Shown here one piece after another: positions 1 to 9,771 of a stretch of DNA of 64,000 bases. The stretch is from a bacterium (lineage in GTDB: Bacteria; Bacillota_I; Bacilli_A; RF39; UBA660): assembly GCA_019423565.1 (NCBI GenBank), contig JAHZBE010000008.1, positions 15,093 through 79,092 of the forward strand, given 5' to 3'. Each line of letters opens with the position of its first letter. The first letter of the stretch is position 1. A program made the translations under genes and the position numbers. A model generated the notes under the pieces. It searched no databases. It was not told the DNA's origin and worked only from the letters and a program-made list of their open reading frames with translations.

Positions 1-324
1 AAGTGAAATTCTTATTAATTTTTCTAAGAATGTATACATTTTTTCTCCACGAAGTGTAACTTTACATCCAATTGCTTGACCTTCTCTTAATTTAAATCCA
101 GCAATTGATTTTTTAGCTTTTGTAACAACTGGTTTAGCACCTGTTATTAATTCAAGTTCATTAACAGCAGCATCTAATAATTTGCTGTTTGTTGTTGCAT
201 CACCAACACCAATATTAATTACAATTTTTTCTAATTTTGGTGCTTGCATTACTGAAGTATAGTTATATTTTTGCATTAAACTAGGAACGATTTCATTTAC
301 ATATTTTTCTTTTAGGCGGTTCAT
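1..324 (-). CDS. rplE: 50S ribosomal protein L5, N-terminal part (gene runs off left edge)
   Basis: Hand translation of the minus strand from ATG at 324..322 gives [28 protein letters not shown]... It follows L24 in the canonical spc order. Not in the ORF track because no stop lies in the window. Confidence 0.9.
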   Translation of the reverse strand, partial: MNRLKEKYVNEIVPSLMQKYNYTSVMQAPKLEKIVINIGVGDATTNSKLLDAAVNELELITGAKPVVTKAKKSIAGFKLREGQAIGCKVTLRGEKMYTFLEKLIRISL

Positions 325-341
325 AAATACCCTCCTTTCGC

Positions 342-653
342 TTAATTAAGTCTCTCTTTAGATTTTACTGAAATTCTATGTTTCTTTCCATTTTCATCAA
401 TTTCATGAGCTATTCTGGTTCTTTTTTTAGTTTTTGGATCTAATATCATAACATTAGATGCATGAATTGGAGCTTCAACTTTAATGATTCCTCCATTTTC
501 GTTTTGTGCTGATGGTTTAACATGTTTTGTAACCATATTGATTCCTTCAACTACAACTTTGTTATCATTTTTCAATGTTTTGATTATTTTTCCTTCTTTA
601 CCTTTATCTTTACCAGCGATAACCACTACTTTATCTCCAACTTTAAAGTTCAT
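342..653 (-). CDS. rplX: 50S ribosomal protein L24
   Basis: Track ORF with the KOW-type motif [17 protein letters not shown]. Sits in L14-L24-L5 order. Confidence 0.95.
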   Translation of the reverse strand: MNFKVGDKVVVIAGKDKGKEGKIIKTLKNDNKVVVEGINMVTKHVKPSAQNENGGIIKVEAPIHASNVMILDPKTKKRTRIAHEIDENGKKHRISVKSKERLN

Positions 654-673
654 GTTTATCCTCCTTTAAAATT

Positions 674-1039
674 CTATAGCACTTCTTTAGCAAGTGAAAC
701 GATTTTCATAAATCCTTCATCACGAAGTTCGCGTGCTACTGGGCCAAGTACACGTGTTCCTTGTGGACTCTTATCATCCTTAATAAGTACACATGCATTA
801 TCATCAAATCTGATATAAGAACCATCTTCTCTTCTTGAAGCTGCTTTAGTTCTTATTACTACGGCCTTTACTACTTTACCTTTTTTTACAGTTCCATTAG
901 GAGTAGCCTTCTTAACTGTTCCAACTACTATATCTCCTAATCCACCAAATTTTTTGTTTCCACCAAGAACTCTTATTACTAATAATTCCTTTGCACCAGA
1001 ATTATCAGCCACTTTTAATCTACTTTCTTGTTGAATCAT
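674..1039 (-). CDS. rplN: 50S ribosomal protein L14
   Basis: Track [21 protein letters not shown]..., a highly conserved L14 N-terminus. Confidence 0.97.
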   Translation of the reverse strand: MIQQESRLKVADNSGAKELLVIRVLGGNKKFGGLGDIVVGTVKKATPNGTVKKGKVVKAVVIRTKAASRREDGSYIRFDDNACVLIKDDKSPQGTRVLGPVARELRDEGFMKIVSLAKEVL

Positions 1040-1066
1040 GATTAATCCTCCTTCTAAGCATAGAGA

Positions 1067-1324
1067 TTATAGAATTATTGCTTCTTCAACGATTTCAACT
1101 AGTTCATATCTTTTTGTTTTAGATAATGGTCTAGTTTCAACAATACGTACTTTATCTCCTACTTTAGCTTTATTTAATTCATCGTGTGCAGTGTATTTCT
1201 TTGAACTCTTAACACGTTTGTTATATAGTGGATGTTTACGATATGTTTCTACTTTTACTGTTATTGTTTTATCATTTTTATCACTAATAACGATACCAAC
1301 AATTTCTTTACGTTTATTTTCCAT
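1067..1324 (-). CDS. rpsQ: 30S ribosomal protein S17
   Basis: Track ORF ([17 protein letters not shown]...[10 protein letters not shown]). Operon position between L29 and L14. Confidence 0.95.
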   Translation of the reverse strand: MENKRKEIVGIVISDKNDKTITVKVETYRKHPLYNKRVKSSKKYTAHDELNKAKVGDKVRIVETRPLSKTKRYELVEIVEEAIIL

Positions 1325-1335
1325 ACCTTTTCCTC

Positions 1336-1533
1336 CTACTTATTATTTATTTCGCGTTCACGAATAACCATTTTTATTCTAGCGATTGTCTTTCTTATTT
1401 CTTTTATTCTTGAAGGTTTTTCTAAGTTACCTGTTGCATTAGCAAAACGTAAATTAAATAACTCTTCTTTTAATTCTTCTATTTTATTTAATAGTTCTTC
1501 AGTGGTTAATTCTCTTATTTCCTTAATTTTCAT
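1336..1533 (-). CDS. rpmC: 50S ribosomal protein L29
   Basis: Track ORF of 65 aa ([25 protein letters not shown]). Operon position fits. Confidence 0.93.
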   Translation of the reverse strand: MKIKEIRELTTEELLNKIEELKEELFNLRFANATGNLEKPSRIKEIRKTIARIKMVIREREINNK

Positions 1534-1957
1534 TTACGTCACCACTTTCTTCTCTTTTTACAAATTTACATTTAACTGGTAATTTGTGCATTGCAAGTCT
1601 TAATGCTTCTCTAGCTACTTCTTCAGGTACACCTGCAATTTCAAACATTATTTTTCCTTCTTTAACTACTGCTACCCATAGTTCTGGATTACCTTTACCT
1701 TTACCTTGACGAGTTTCAGCAGGTTTTCTTGTTAATGATAAGTGAGGGAATATGTTTACCCAAACCTTTCCTCCACGTTTCATGTAACGAGTCATAGCAA
1801 CACGGGCTGCTTCAATTTGTTGAGTAGTTATCCATGCACCTTCTTTTGCTTGAAGACCATAATCACCAAATTGAAGTTCTGTATTACCTTTAGCTTTACC
1901 ATCATGATAAAGTCTATGAGGTTTTCTATATTTAGTTCTTTTTGGCATTAGTGGCAT
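1523..1957 (-). CDS. rplP: 50S ribosomal protein L16
   Basis: Track ORF ([12 protein letters not shown]...). GGAGG lies 7-8 nt upstream of the ATG at 1957. Overlaps the S3 3' end. Confidence 0.95.
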   Translation of the reverse strand: MPLMPKRTKYRKPHRLYHDGKAKGNTELQFGDYGLQAKEGAWITTQQIEAARVAMTRYMKRGGKVWVNIFPHLSLTRKPAETRQGKGKGNPELWVAVVKEGKIMFEIAGVPEEVAREALRLAMHKLPVKCKFVKREESGDVNEN

Positions 1958-2612
1958 GTCTACTACCTCCTTTTACATTTTTCTTAGGAAGTACTTCACC
2001 TTTGTATATCCATACTTTTATTCCTATTTTACCAAATGTTGTATCAGCTTCAGCTGTAGCATAATCAATGTCTGCTCTTAAAGTATGTAGAGGAACTGTT
2101 CCTTCGCTATATACTTCGCTTCTAGCTATATCTACACCATTTAAACGACCTGAAGCTAAGATTTTAATACCTTTAGCACCAGCCTTCATTGTGTTTCTTA
2201 TTGCTCTTTTTTGAGCCATTCTGTAAGAACCACGATTTTCAATTTGTTTAGCGACATTATTAGCAACTAATTGTGCAACCATGTCTGGGTTTTTAATTTC
2301 AAATATTGAAACAACAATATTTTCACCTGTTAATTTACATAATTCTTTCTTTAATTTTTCAATTTCTTCTCCACCGTGTCCGATTACAACACCAGGTTTA
2401 GCAGTATAAATAACGATTTCAGTTTTCTTATTATCTCTTTGAATATTGATATTTGAAACAGATGCATCTTTAAGTCTTTTATCAAGATATTTTCTGATTT
2501 TTAAATCGTTTCCAAGATATTTAGAAAAATCTTTGTTATTTGAATACCATTTTGCTTGCCAATCCTTGATGATTCCAACTCTCATTCCATGTGGATTAAC
2601 TTTTTGTCCCAT
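1932..2612 (-). CDS. rpsC: 30S ribosomal protein S3
   Basis: Track [26 protein letters not shown]..., typical of S3. Confidence 0.97.
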   Translation of the reverse strand: MGQKVNPHGMRVGIIKDWQAKWYSNNKDFSKYLGNDLKIRKYLDKRLKDASVSNINIQRDNKKTEIVIYTAKPGVVIGHGGEEIEKLKKELCKLTGENIVVSIFEIKNPDMVAQLVANNVAKQIENRGSYRMAQKRAIRNTMKAGAKGIKILASGRLNGVDIARSEVYSEGTVPLHTLRADIDYATAEADTTFGKIGIKVWIYKGEVLPKKNVKGGSRHATNAKKN

Positions 2613-2628
2613 AAATTAACCTCCTTTA

Positions 2629-2964
2629 CTAGTTTCTTTCAGCCACAACGATAGTTATATGACTTGTTTTTTTATCGTGTCTATCAATATGTGATCTTGA
2701 ACCAATTCTTCTTCTTTTCATTATTGGTCCATCATTTATGTAAGCTTCTTTAACATATAGATTATTTTTATCCATTTTGAAATTATTTTCAGCGTTAGCT
2801 ACAGCTGACACTAAAACTTTCTTAGTTAAACGAGCTGACTTTTTATTTAAGTTATTTAAAATTGCCATTGCATCACTAACATCTTTACCACGAACTAGAT
2901 TAACAACTAAACGTGCTTTTCTAGGAGCGATAAGGACTGTTCTAGCAGTTGCTTTTGCTTCCAT
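2629..2964 (-). CDS. rplV: 50S ribosomal protein L22
   Basis: Track ORF (ARKARLVVNLVRGKDVSDA...). Operon position fits. Confidence 0.95.
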   Translation of the reverse strand: MEAKATARTVLIAPRKARLVVNLVRGKDVSDAMAILNNLNKKSARLTKKVLVSAVANAENNFKMDKNNLYVKEAYINDGPIMKRRRIGSRSHIDRHDKKTSHITIVVAERN

Positions 2965-2995
2965 TTTCTAATTCTCCCTTCTCTTAAGGTTCAAA

Positions 2996-3265
2996 CTATT
3001 TCTTCTTATTTTCGCCATGACCACCATTTTTACGAGTTAATGCGAACTCTCCTAATTTATGACCTACCATATCTTCAGTAACATAAACTGGAATATGTTC
3101 TTTACCATTATGAACTGCAAAAGTGTGTCCAATAAAATCAGGAAAAATAGTTGAACGACGTGACCATGTTTTAATTACTTCTTTTTTTCCACTTTTATTC
3201 ATTTCTTGAACCTTTTTCATTAAGTGTTCATCTACAAAAGGTCCCTTTTTTAAACTTCTAGCCAT
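2996..3265 (-). CDS. rpsS: 30S ribosomal protein S19
   Basis: Track [22 protein letters not shown]... Confidence 0.97.
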   Translation of the reverse strand: MARSLKKGPFVDEHLMKKVQEMNKSGKKEVIKTWSRRSTIFPDFIGHTFAVHNGKEHIPVYVTEDMVGHKLGEFALTRKNGGHGENKKK

Positions 3266-3282
3266 TATAATTCATCCTTTCC

Positions 3283-4116
3283 TTATTTACTGTTACGACG
3301 AGTAACTATTAATTTATTTGAACTCTTCTTGTTCTTACGAGTTTTATATCCAAGAGCTGGTTTACCCCATGGAGTCATTGGTTGTTTACGTCCAACTGGA
3401 GCTCTACCTTCACCACCACCATGTGGATGGTCATTAGGGTTCATAACAGAACCACGAACTGTTGGTCTTATACCCATATGTCTTGTTCTACCTGCTTTTC
3501 CAAGTCTAACAAGTGAATAATCTTCATTACCAACTTCACCAATTGTTGCCATACAAGTACCTAATATTTTTCTTGTTTCGCCTGAAGATAATCTAACAAG
3601 TACATATCTTTCTTCACGACCAAGTATTTGAGCACTTTGTCCAGCACTTCTTGCGATTTGAGCACCTTTACCAGGTCTCATTTCTATATTGTGGATAACT
3701 GTACCAACAGGTATGTTCATGATTGGAAGTGCATTACCAACTTTTATATCAACATTTTCGCCTGATACAATTTTCATTCCTACTTTTAAACCTTTAGGAG
3801 CGATTATATATCTTTTTTCACCATCTACATAGTTAATTAAAGCTATATTTGCGCTTCTATTTGGATCGTATTCTATTGAAGCAACTGTTCCTTCAACATC
3901 ATGTTTATTTCTTTTGAAATCAATTACACGATATTTTTGTTTAGCTCCTCCACCTTGGTGTCTTACTGTAATTCTACCTTGGTTATTACGACCACTTTTT
4001 TTGTTTTTTGCTTTAAGTAAACTTTTTTCAGGAGCTGTTTTAGTTAGCTCTTCATTTACTAAAGTACTTTTCTTTCTTTGCCCAGGTGTAACTGGATTAA
4101 AATGTCTTATAGCCAT
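3283..4116 (-). CDS. rplB: 50S ribosomal protein L2
   Basis: Track ORF of 277 aa ([16 protein letters not shown]..., [13 protein letters not shown]). Confidence 0.97.
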   Translation of the reverse strand: MAIRHFNPVTPGQRKKSTLVNEELTKTAPEKSLLKAKNKKSGRNNQGRITVRHQGGGAKQKYRVIDFKRNKHDVEGTVASIEYDPNRSANIALINYVDGEKRYIIAPKGLKVGMKIVSGENVDIKVGNALPIMNIPVGTVIHNIEMRPGKGAQIARSAGQSAQILGREERYVLVRLSSGETRKILGTCMATIGEVGNEDYSLVRLGKAGRTRHMGIRPTVRGSVMNPNDHPHGGGEGRAPVGRKQPMTPWGKPALGYKTRKNKKSSNKLIVTRRNSK

Positions 4117-4131
4117 ATCTAAAACCTCCTA

Positions 4132-4413
4132 TTATAATTCTATTTGACTACCTTCAGCAAGTGTTACAATTGCTTTTTTGTAACGACTAGTAGTCCCTGC
4201 ATAACGTCCAACTCTTTTATATTTTGGTTTAACGTTAATTGTATTTACTCTTAATACTTTTACTCCAAATATTTTTTCAACTGCTTGTTTTATTTGGACT
4301 TTATTAGCATCGTTTTTAACTTTGAAAACGATTTTATTACCCTTTTCTGCTATTTTTGCACTTTTTTCAGTAATAACAGGGGCAATTATTACATCTCTAT
4401 AATTTCCTATCAT
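4132..4413 (-). CDS. rplW: 50S ribosomal protein L23
   Basis: Track ORF of 93 aa ([12 protein letters not shown]...). Operon position fits. Confidence 0.93.
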   Translation of the reverse strand: MIGNYRDVIIAPVITEKSAKIAEKGNKIVFKVKNDANKVQIKQAVEKIFGVKVLRVNTINVKPKYKRVGRYAGTTSRYKKAIVTLAEGSQIEL

Positions 4414-5039
4414 TATCTAAGTACCTCCTCAAGCATTTTAACTGCTTCTTCAGTAATAACTACATTATTATAGTTTAATACATCATAAGTGTTGATTTCA
4501 TGAGATTCGATTACTTTAACATTACTTAAATTACGAGAAGCTAAAATTAAGTTATCAGTTAATTCTTTAACAATAATTAAAGTTTTTCCTGTTACTTTTA
4601 AATCTTCTAATAATTTGATGAAATCTTTTGTTTTATTGCTTGAAAGTTCAATATTTTCAACAACAACGATTCCATTTTCTCTAGCTTTATAAGTTAAAGC
4701 TGATTTTAAAGCTAATCTTCTTTCTTTTCTATTTTGTTTTTTTGTATAATTTCTTTCTGTTGTAGGTCCAAATACTACTCCACCACCAACAAAGTGAGGT
4801 GCACGGATAGATCCTTGACGAGCATTACCTGTTCCTTTTTGTCTCCATGGTTTTCTTCCACCACCAGAAACTTCACTTCTTGTTTTAACTTTGTGAGTTC
4901 CTTGTCTCATAGATGCTTGTTTTAAAACAACTGCATCATATATTGTTTGATTATTTGGTTCAATTCCAAATACTTCATCGCTTAGTTTAATGTCTTTAAT
5001 CTTTTCACCTTTTACATTTAAAAGAGCTATTTTAGGCAT
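4413..5039 (-). CDS. rplD: 50S ribosomal protein L4
   Basis: Track ORF 4413..5060. I prefer the ATG at 5039 ([13 protein letters not shown]...) because AAAGGAGGAAG lies just upstream. [19 protein letters not shown] motif present. Confidence 0.93.
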   Translation of the reverse strand: MPKIALLNVKGEKIKDIKLSDEVFGIEPNNQTIYDAVVLKQASMRQGTHKVKTRSEVSGGGRKPWRQKGTGNARQGSIRAPHFVGGGVVFGPTTERNYTKKQNRKERRLALKSALTYKARENGIVVVENIELSSNKTKDFIKLLEDLKVTGKTLIIVKELTDNLILASRNLSNVKVIESHEINTYDVLNYNNVVITEEAVKMLEEVLR

Positions 5040-5089
5040 ATTTCTTCCTCCTTTCATCACAATAAATTTTTATATAATGTTTAATTTAA

Positions 5090-5839
5090 TTATTCAGTTA
5101 CTTCTTGTGATGATTCTTCTTTTACTTCTTCAGTTTCAGTAGTTTCTTCTACTTCTTCAATAGCTTTTGGTTCTTCAAATGAAACTAATTCTAAAGTTTC
5201 TTTGATTTTACCTTCATTTTTAATAGCTGATTTGATTATAACTAAAGACTTTTTAGGACCTGGAACATTACCTTTAACTAAGATAACATTGTTTTCTAAG
5301 TCAACCATAACAATTTCTAAGTTTTGAACTGTTACTGTATTTGCTCCCATATGTCCTGGTAATTTCTTACCTTTTAAAACACGCATTGGTCTCATTGTTC
5401 CTAGTGAACCAACACCTCTATGGTATTGTGAACCATGTCCCATAGGACCTCTGCTTTGATTAAAGCGTTTGATAACACCTTGGTAACCTTTACCTTTGCT
5501 TACACCAGTTACATCTACCATTTCACCTTCTGCAAAGATATCAACTTTAATTTCTTGACCTAAAGTATAGTTACTTGCGTCTACATTTCTGATTTCTTTT
5601 AAGAAGCGCTTAGGTGATGTATTTGATTTTCTAAGATGTCCCATCTCAGGTTTGTTACTTAATTTTTCTCTCTTTGTTTCGAATGCTAATTGAATTGCAT
5701 CATAACCGTTAGTTTCAGTTGTTTTAATTTGTGAAACAATATTAGGTTCAACTGAGATAACAGTTACAGGAATTAATTTACCATTCTTAGCAAAAACTTG
5801 AGTCATTCCAACCTTGCGGCCTAAGATTCCTTTTCTCAT
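5090..5839 (-). CDS. rplC: 50S ribosomal protein L3 with acidic C-terminal extension
   Basis: Track [19 protein letters not shown]... It is 249 aa and ends in ...[22 protein letters not shown]. Confidence 0.95.
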   Translation of the reverse strand: MRKGILGRKVGMTQVFAKNGKLIPVTVISVEPNIVSQIKTTETNGYDAIQLAFETKREKLSNKPEMGHLRKSNTSPKRFLKEIRNVDASNYTLGQEIKVDIFAEGEMVDVTGVSKGKGYQGVIKRFNQSRGPMGHGSQYHRGVGSLGTMRPMRVLKGKKLPGHMGANTVTVQNLEIVMVDLENNVILVKGNVPGPKKSLVIIKSAIKNEGKIKETLELVSFEEPKAIEEVEETTETEEVKEESSQEVTE

Positions 5840-5854
5840 TTTTTCCTCCTATAA

Positions 5855-6157
5855 TTATTTAATATTTATTTCAACACCACTAGGTAAATCCAATCTAGTC
5901 ATAGCCTCGATTGTGTCTTTACTAGGATTATTGATAACAATTAGTCTTTTATGTGTTCTCATTTCGAATTGTTCACGAGAATCTTTATACTTGTGAACAG
6001 CTCTTAAGATTGTAACTTTTTCAACTTTTGTTGGTAATGGTACTGGTCCACTAACTTCTCCGCCAGTTCTTTTAATAGTTTCAACAATCTTACTTGCAGC
6101 TTGATCGATAGTTCTTGGATCATATGCTTTTAAATTAACTTGAATTCTATTAGACAT
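5855..6157 (-). CDS. rpsJ: 30S ribosomal protein S10
   Basis: Track ORF of 100 aa ([24 protein letters not shown]...). First gene of the S10 operon. Confidence 0.96.
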   Translation of the reverse strand: MSNRIQVNLKAYDPRTIDQAASKIVETIKRTGGEVSGPVPLPTKVEKVTILRAVHKYKDSREQFEMRTHKRLIVINNPSKDTIEAMTRLDLPSGVEINIK

Positions 6158-6300
6158 ATTGTATCCTCCTTTCGTCTATATCTTGTATAGGCATACTCCG
6201 TGTAAGTTACCTGACATTTAAGGTTTGTCTTTATTTTATAAAAGCAACTTAACCTGGTGTGTCAGCAATCTCCCACATCTACGCAGTCACACATAGGACA
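6158..6300 (-). promoter_or_regulatory. 5' leader of the S10 operon (candidate structured regulatory RNA)
   Basis: About 135 nt between the predicted -10 box and the rpsJ RBS (AAAGGAGGA). Noticeably more GC-rich than its surroundings, with short complementary segments such as GUGUG...CACAC. Confidence 0.45.
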
Positions 6301-6329
6301 ATTATATCAACAATTCAAAATAAATGCAA
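6301..6329 (-). promoter_or_regulatory. sigma-A type promoter of the S10 operon
   Basis: Minus strand reads TTGCAT (6329..6324), a 17-nt spacer, then TATAAT (6306..6301). Confidence 0.7.
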
Positions 6330-6399
6330 GTATTTTTGAATATTTTTTCAAAATAAATTCATAATATTATTTTAATTAAAAAAAGAGCTTTTCTGCCCT

Positions 6400-7245
6400 T
6401 TAATTTAACACATATGGATTTAACTGCGTTCCATTACCACCTGTTACAATAATGTTATTATTAAGTTTTATAGTAATATACGTTTTAGCATAATCACTGT
6501 TTACTATTTCTTTATTCATTCCAATTGTAATATATTCGTTATTATCTTTAATCCAATCATTATTATCCATATTTATATATGAAATGTTATTAATAAAAGT
6601 TTGATTATATAAATCTGTAGAAATAACTGATGCTTTACCATATATTTTTTTGGTAGCATTTTCATCAAAATTGTCATTTATAAAATTATTTTCATAATTC
6701 AAAAGTTCATTCTTATATAGTTTTTTACTAGACTCTTTAATCAAATAAACACGGCGATATTTATCAACTTTCATAATTCTATAAATTTCACCATTAAATA
6801 TTGCGTAATTTTCTAATACATAACCTTTAAAAATCAATTCGTTATTTATTCTATATACATTTGATTTTTCATCTTTGTTACTTACATAATCATAAATTGT
6901 TTTTCCCTCTACAAAGTCATAATTTACATTTCCATTTTCATTAGTTATAAGTACTTTAGTATCATTATCAAAATCATCATTTGTTAATGGATTTTTAGCA
7001 CCATTCTTTACATAACCAGTATCTATTAATTCTTTAATAGAATATTCTGTTACTGAAGAAGATGAAGTAACATCTGCTAAATATTTTAATTTGGCACTAT
7101 CAACAATATTACTTTTTGAAACATTGTATGCCGTTAACCTAGAAGCACCTATTACATCAATTATTTTAGGATATGCAATTGCACTCACAATTGATAATAT
7201 TGCAATTACCGCAAGAAGTTCAATTAAAGTAAATCCTTTCTTCAT
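6400..7245 (-). CDS. prepilin-type N-terminal cleavage/methylation domain protein (type IV pilin/pseudopilin-like), 281 aa
   Basis: N-terminus MKKGFTLIELLAVIAILSIV is the class III signal (G|FTLIE). A large C-terminal globular part follows. Confidence 0.8.
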   Translation of the reverse strand: MKKGFTLIELLAVIAILSIVSAIAYPKIIDVIGASRLTAYNVSKSNIVDSAKLKYLADVTSSSSVTEYSIKELIDTGYVKNGAKNPLTNDDFDNDTKVLITNENGNVNYDFVEGKTIYDYVSNKDEKSNVYRINNELIFKGYVLENYAIFNGEIYRIMKVDKYRRVYLIKESSKKLYKNELLNYENNFINDNFDENATKKIYGKASVISTDLYNQTFINNISYINMDNNDWIKDNNEYITIGMNKEIVNSDYAKTYITIKLNNNIIVTGGNGTQLNPYVLN

Positions 7246-7249
7246 TTTA

Positions 7250-9058
7250 TCATCCCCCTATAGTGTATATTAATTTTCCATCATAATTATAATAATTACC
7301 ATTTATTATCATATAATTATCATAAACTTCAACATCACCATTAACTTTTACATTTATATCTTTAAAAGTTTCTAGATTTATTATAATTATTTCATTATTA
7401 TATATTCCCTCAACAATTGGATATTTTGTGGTAATTACATCAAAGCCATCATAAATTGGTTTTATAACTATATTACCTTTTGAATCAAGTATACCATATT
7501 TGTCATTTTGTTTTACAATAAATAATTCTTTTTTCGTATTATTTTTTATAGTGTTAAATAATACATCATCCATTAAAATAGTTTCATCATATTTAAGAGG
7601 AATTATTTCTTCTCCTTTAGAATTAATTACTCCAAATGAGTTATCATTTGATACTATAGCATATCCATTTTTATCAAAATCTGATGCATAATCATATTCT
7701 TTTTTTGTTATTATCTTGCCTTTTTTGTTAATAAAAATATATTTGTCATTTTCAGTTTTAACTTTCATATAATCATTTTTATATTTTGTATCATTAAGCT
7801 TTATATCACTAATTTTTCCTAAAGTTTTATTTGGTGTATAAATTGTATATATTTCTTTTTTTAACTCAAAATCATATTTTTTATATACAATAACCCCATC
7901 TGAATAACTATATTCTATATCATCATCAGTATTAATTATCTCACCATTTGTTAAATTAATATAATCAATTTTTGTATTTTCTTTAATTCCAAGTGCAATA
8001 TTAGAATCCAAATCTTCTATTCTAAGTCTTTTATAATTTGTTGTTTCATAAATTACTTTATCATTATTTATAACAAAATAGTTATTATTACCATTTTCTT
8101 GTTTTATGTAAAAAACATTATTATCTAAAACATTTATATCACTTAATGTATACCTAAATACTTCCTTACCTGTTTCAATATTTATAATAGTAGATGACGA
8201 ATTAACTTTGATTTTAGCATATTTATTTTTTCCATTGTCAACATTTGATATCTCTATAGATATATCATGTTCATCAACCTCATCAACTTTATAAGTATAA
8301 ATTTCCTTACCATCATTATTCATAATTCCCATTGTATCATCTCTAGTAAATATAAATATACCACCAGCCGAATATGTTATATTATCGTACTTAAATCTAG
8401 TAAGTTCTTCAATGCTACTAGTCATAAGTCCCATTTTTAAACCTTCACTTGTAAACTTACTAACAACATATCTATTTCCAAATAAGGTTGCTGAAAAGAC
8501 ATTACCAAATGCTATTTTATTTTTTCCTCTACTGTCTATAATACCATATAAATTATTGTAATTTTTTACAACAGCATAGCCTTTATAAAAGTCATCACCA
8601 TATAAATACTTTGGCTTTACAATTAATTCACCTTCACTATCTATATAACCAGTTTTAGAATTTTCCTCTATTTTTATTAAGTTTACTACAGAGGCCTTTG
8701 CATTATTAATAAACACATATATTCCTATTGAAAAAACAAAAACAAACGCTACTATAGGTAAAATTCTATTAAGTTTTTCTAAAGTAAAAGTTCTACTTTT
8801 TTCTTGTCTTTGATTTATACCTTCATTTGCTTGAATAGGAACTATAGAGTCCGGTAAAACTTCTACTTCTGTATTATCAATATTATTTGTTTTTTCCTCA
8901 TCATCACTAGAAAAAATATTAATATCAAACATTTCGTTATCTTCTAGATTATTATTTAGCGTATTTTCCTCTTTATTATGTTCTTCATTTTTAACTATTA
9001 AATCATCCGCAGGAGAAAATGGTAAGTCTAAATCGTCATCATATTCTTTTTTATCCAT
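7250..9058 (-). CDS. membrane-anchored WG-repeat (KWG-like) protein, 602 aa
   Basis: Acidic N-terminal region, one TM helix (ILPIVAFVFVFSIGIYVFI), then many repeats of the type GYIDSEGELIVKPKYLYGDDFYKGYAVV / YGILDSKGNIVIKPIYDGFD. Confidence 0.65.
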   Translation of the reverse strand: MDKKEYDDDLDLPFSPADDLIVKNEEHNKEENTLNNNLEDNEMFDINIFSSDDEEKTNNIDNTEVEVLPDSIVPIQANEGINQRQEKSRTFTLEKLNRILPIVAFVFVFSIGIYVFINNAKASVVNLIKIEENSKTGYIDSEGELIVKPKYLYGDDFYKGYAVVKNYNNLYGIIDSRGKNKIAFGNVFSATLFGNRYVVSKFTSEGLKMGLMTSSIEELTRFKYDNITYSAGGIFIFTRDDTMGIMNNDGKEIYTYKVDEVDEHDISIEISNVDNGKNKYAKIKVNSSSTIINIETGKEVFRYTLSDINVLDNNVFYIKQENGNNNYFVINNDKVIYETTNYKRLRIEDLDSNIALGIKENTKIDYINLTNGEIINTDDDIEYSYSDGVIVYKKYDFELKKEIYTIYTPNKTLGKISDIKLNDTKYKNDYMKVKTENDKYIFINKKGKIITKKEYDYASDFDKNGYAIVSNDNSFGVINSKGEEIIPLKYDETILMDDVLFNTIKNNTKKELFIVKQNDKYGILDSKGNIVIKPIYDGFDVITTKYPIVEGIYNNEIIIINLETFKDINVKVNGDVEVYDNYMIINGNYYNYDGKLIYTIGG

Positions 9059-9147
9059 ACTATTATCCTCCTACTCTTTTCTATTAATATAATAACATAT
9101 CTTTGAAATAAATTAAAGAAAAAATAAAAAAGATTGGAATACAATCT

Positions 9148-9732
9148 TTATTCATTTGATGTTGCTTTAACAACTATTCTTGATTTACCACCATTTTCAC
9201 AAGTAACTATAGTCAAATGGTAGCCATCATAATGACTTAAATAACTTGTATCATTTGGACTAACATATCTACTTACAGAATCAACCAAATATTTTCTTTT
9301 GTCACCTTTTACATCATATATGTATATAGGATCACCTTGTTTTAGATTCAAAACTGGATAAAAGAAAGGAGTTCTTCCTCTAAAATTATGTGCGGATATT
9401 ACAAAACCTCCAGGTTCATTAAGATCAACTCCATAAGTTTTAATAGCACCAATGTTCATGGCAGCATATGTTTGTTCTTTTAATATTACAGTGTTTATAC
9501 CCACTTTTGGAATTTCAATTCTTCCCAAAATAGTATAGCCATTATAATTTACAGTATGTATTTGATTTTTCTGTATTTCTTTTTTTTCTATTTTATTTTC
9601 AAATAGTTCTAGAGCATATTTTTCTTGATTATCTAATTTTCTTTCTCGAAAATTATCATATATCATCATGAATGTTATAAAATATAAAGAAAATATAAGC
9701 AAAAATATAAGTATATTGATAAATTTCTTCAT
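9148..9732 (-). CDS. sortase family transpeptidase
   Basis: N-terminal TM anchor, His in VISAHNF, TLxTC-type motif LTIVTCENGG, and a downstream Arg (KSRIVV). Confidence 0.8.
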   Translation of the reverse strand: MKKFINILIFLLIFSLYFITFMMIYDNFRERKLDNQEKYALELFENKIEKKEIQKNQIHTVNYNGYTILGRIEIPKVGINTVILKEQTYAAMNIGAIKTYGVDLNEPGGFVISAHNFRGRTPFFYPVLNLKQGDPIYIYDVKGDKRKYLVDSVSRYVSPNDTSYLSHYDGYHLTIVTCENGGKSRIVVKATSNE

Positions 9733-9771
9733 ATGCCCTCTCCTACTCTTTTTATAATTGTAACATATTTT

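Noticed and set aside
484-5996. Numerous 60-116-aa plus-strand track ORFs overlapping the ribosomal-protein genes (for example 484..669, 522..818, 1038..1367, 1232..1582, 3914..4147).
   Set aside because: They are antisense shadow ORFs of highly conserved r-protein genes. They have low-complexity Phe/Leu/Ser-rich translations and no RBS. The same applies to most short antisense ORFs elsewhere, such as 24093..24467, 28216..28914, 41163..41603 and 41836..42117.
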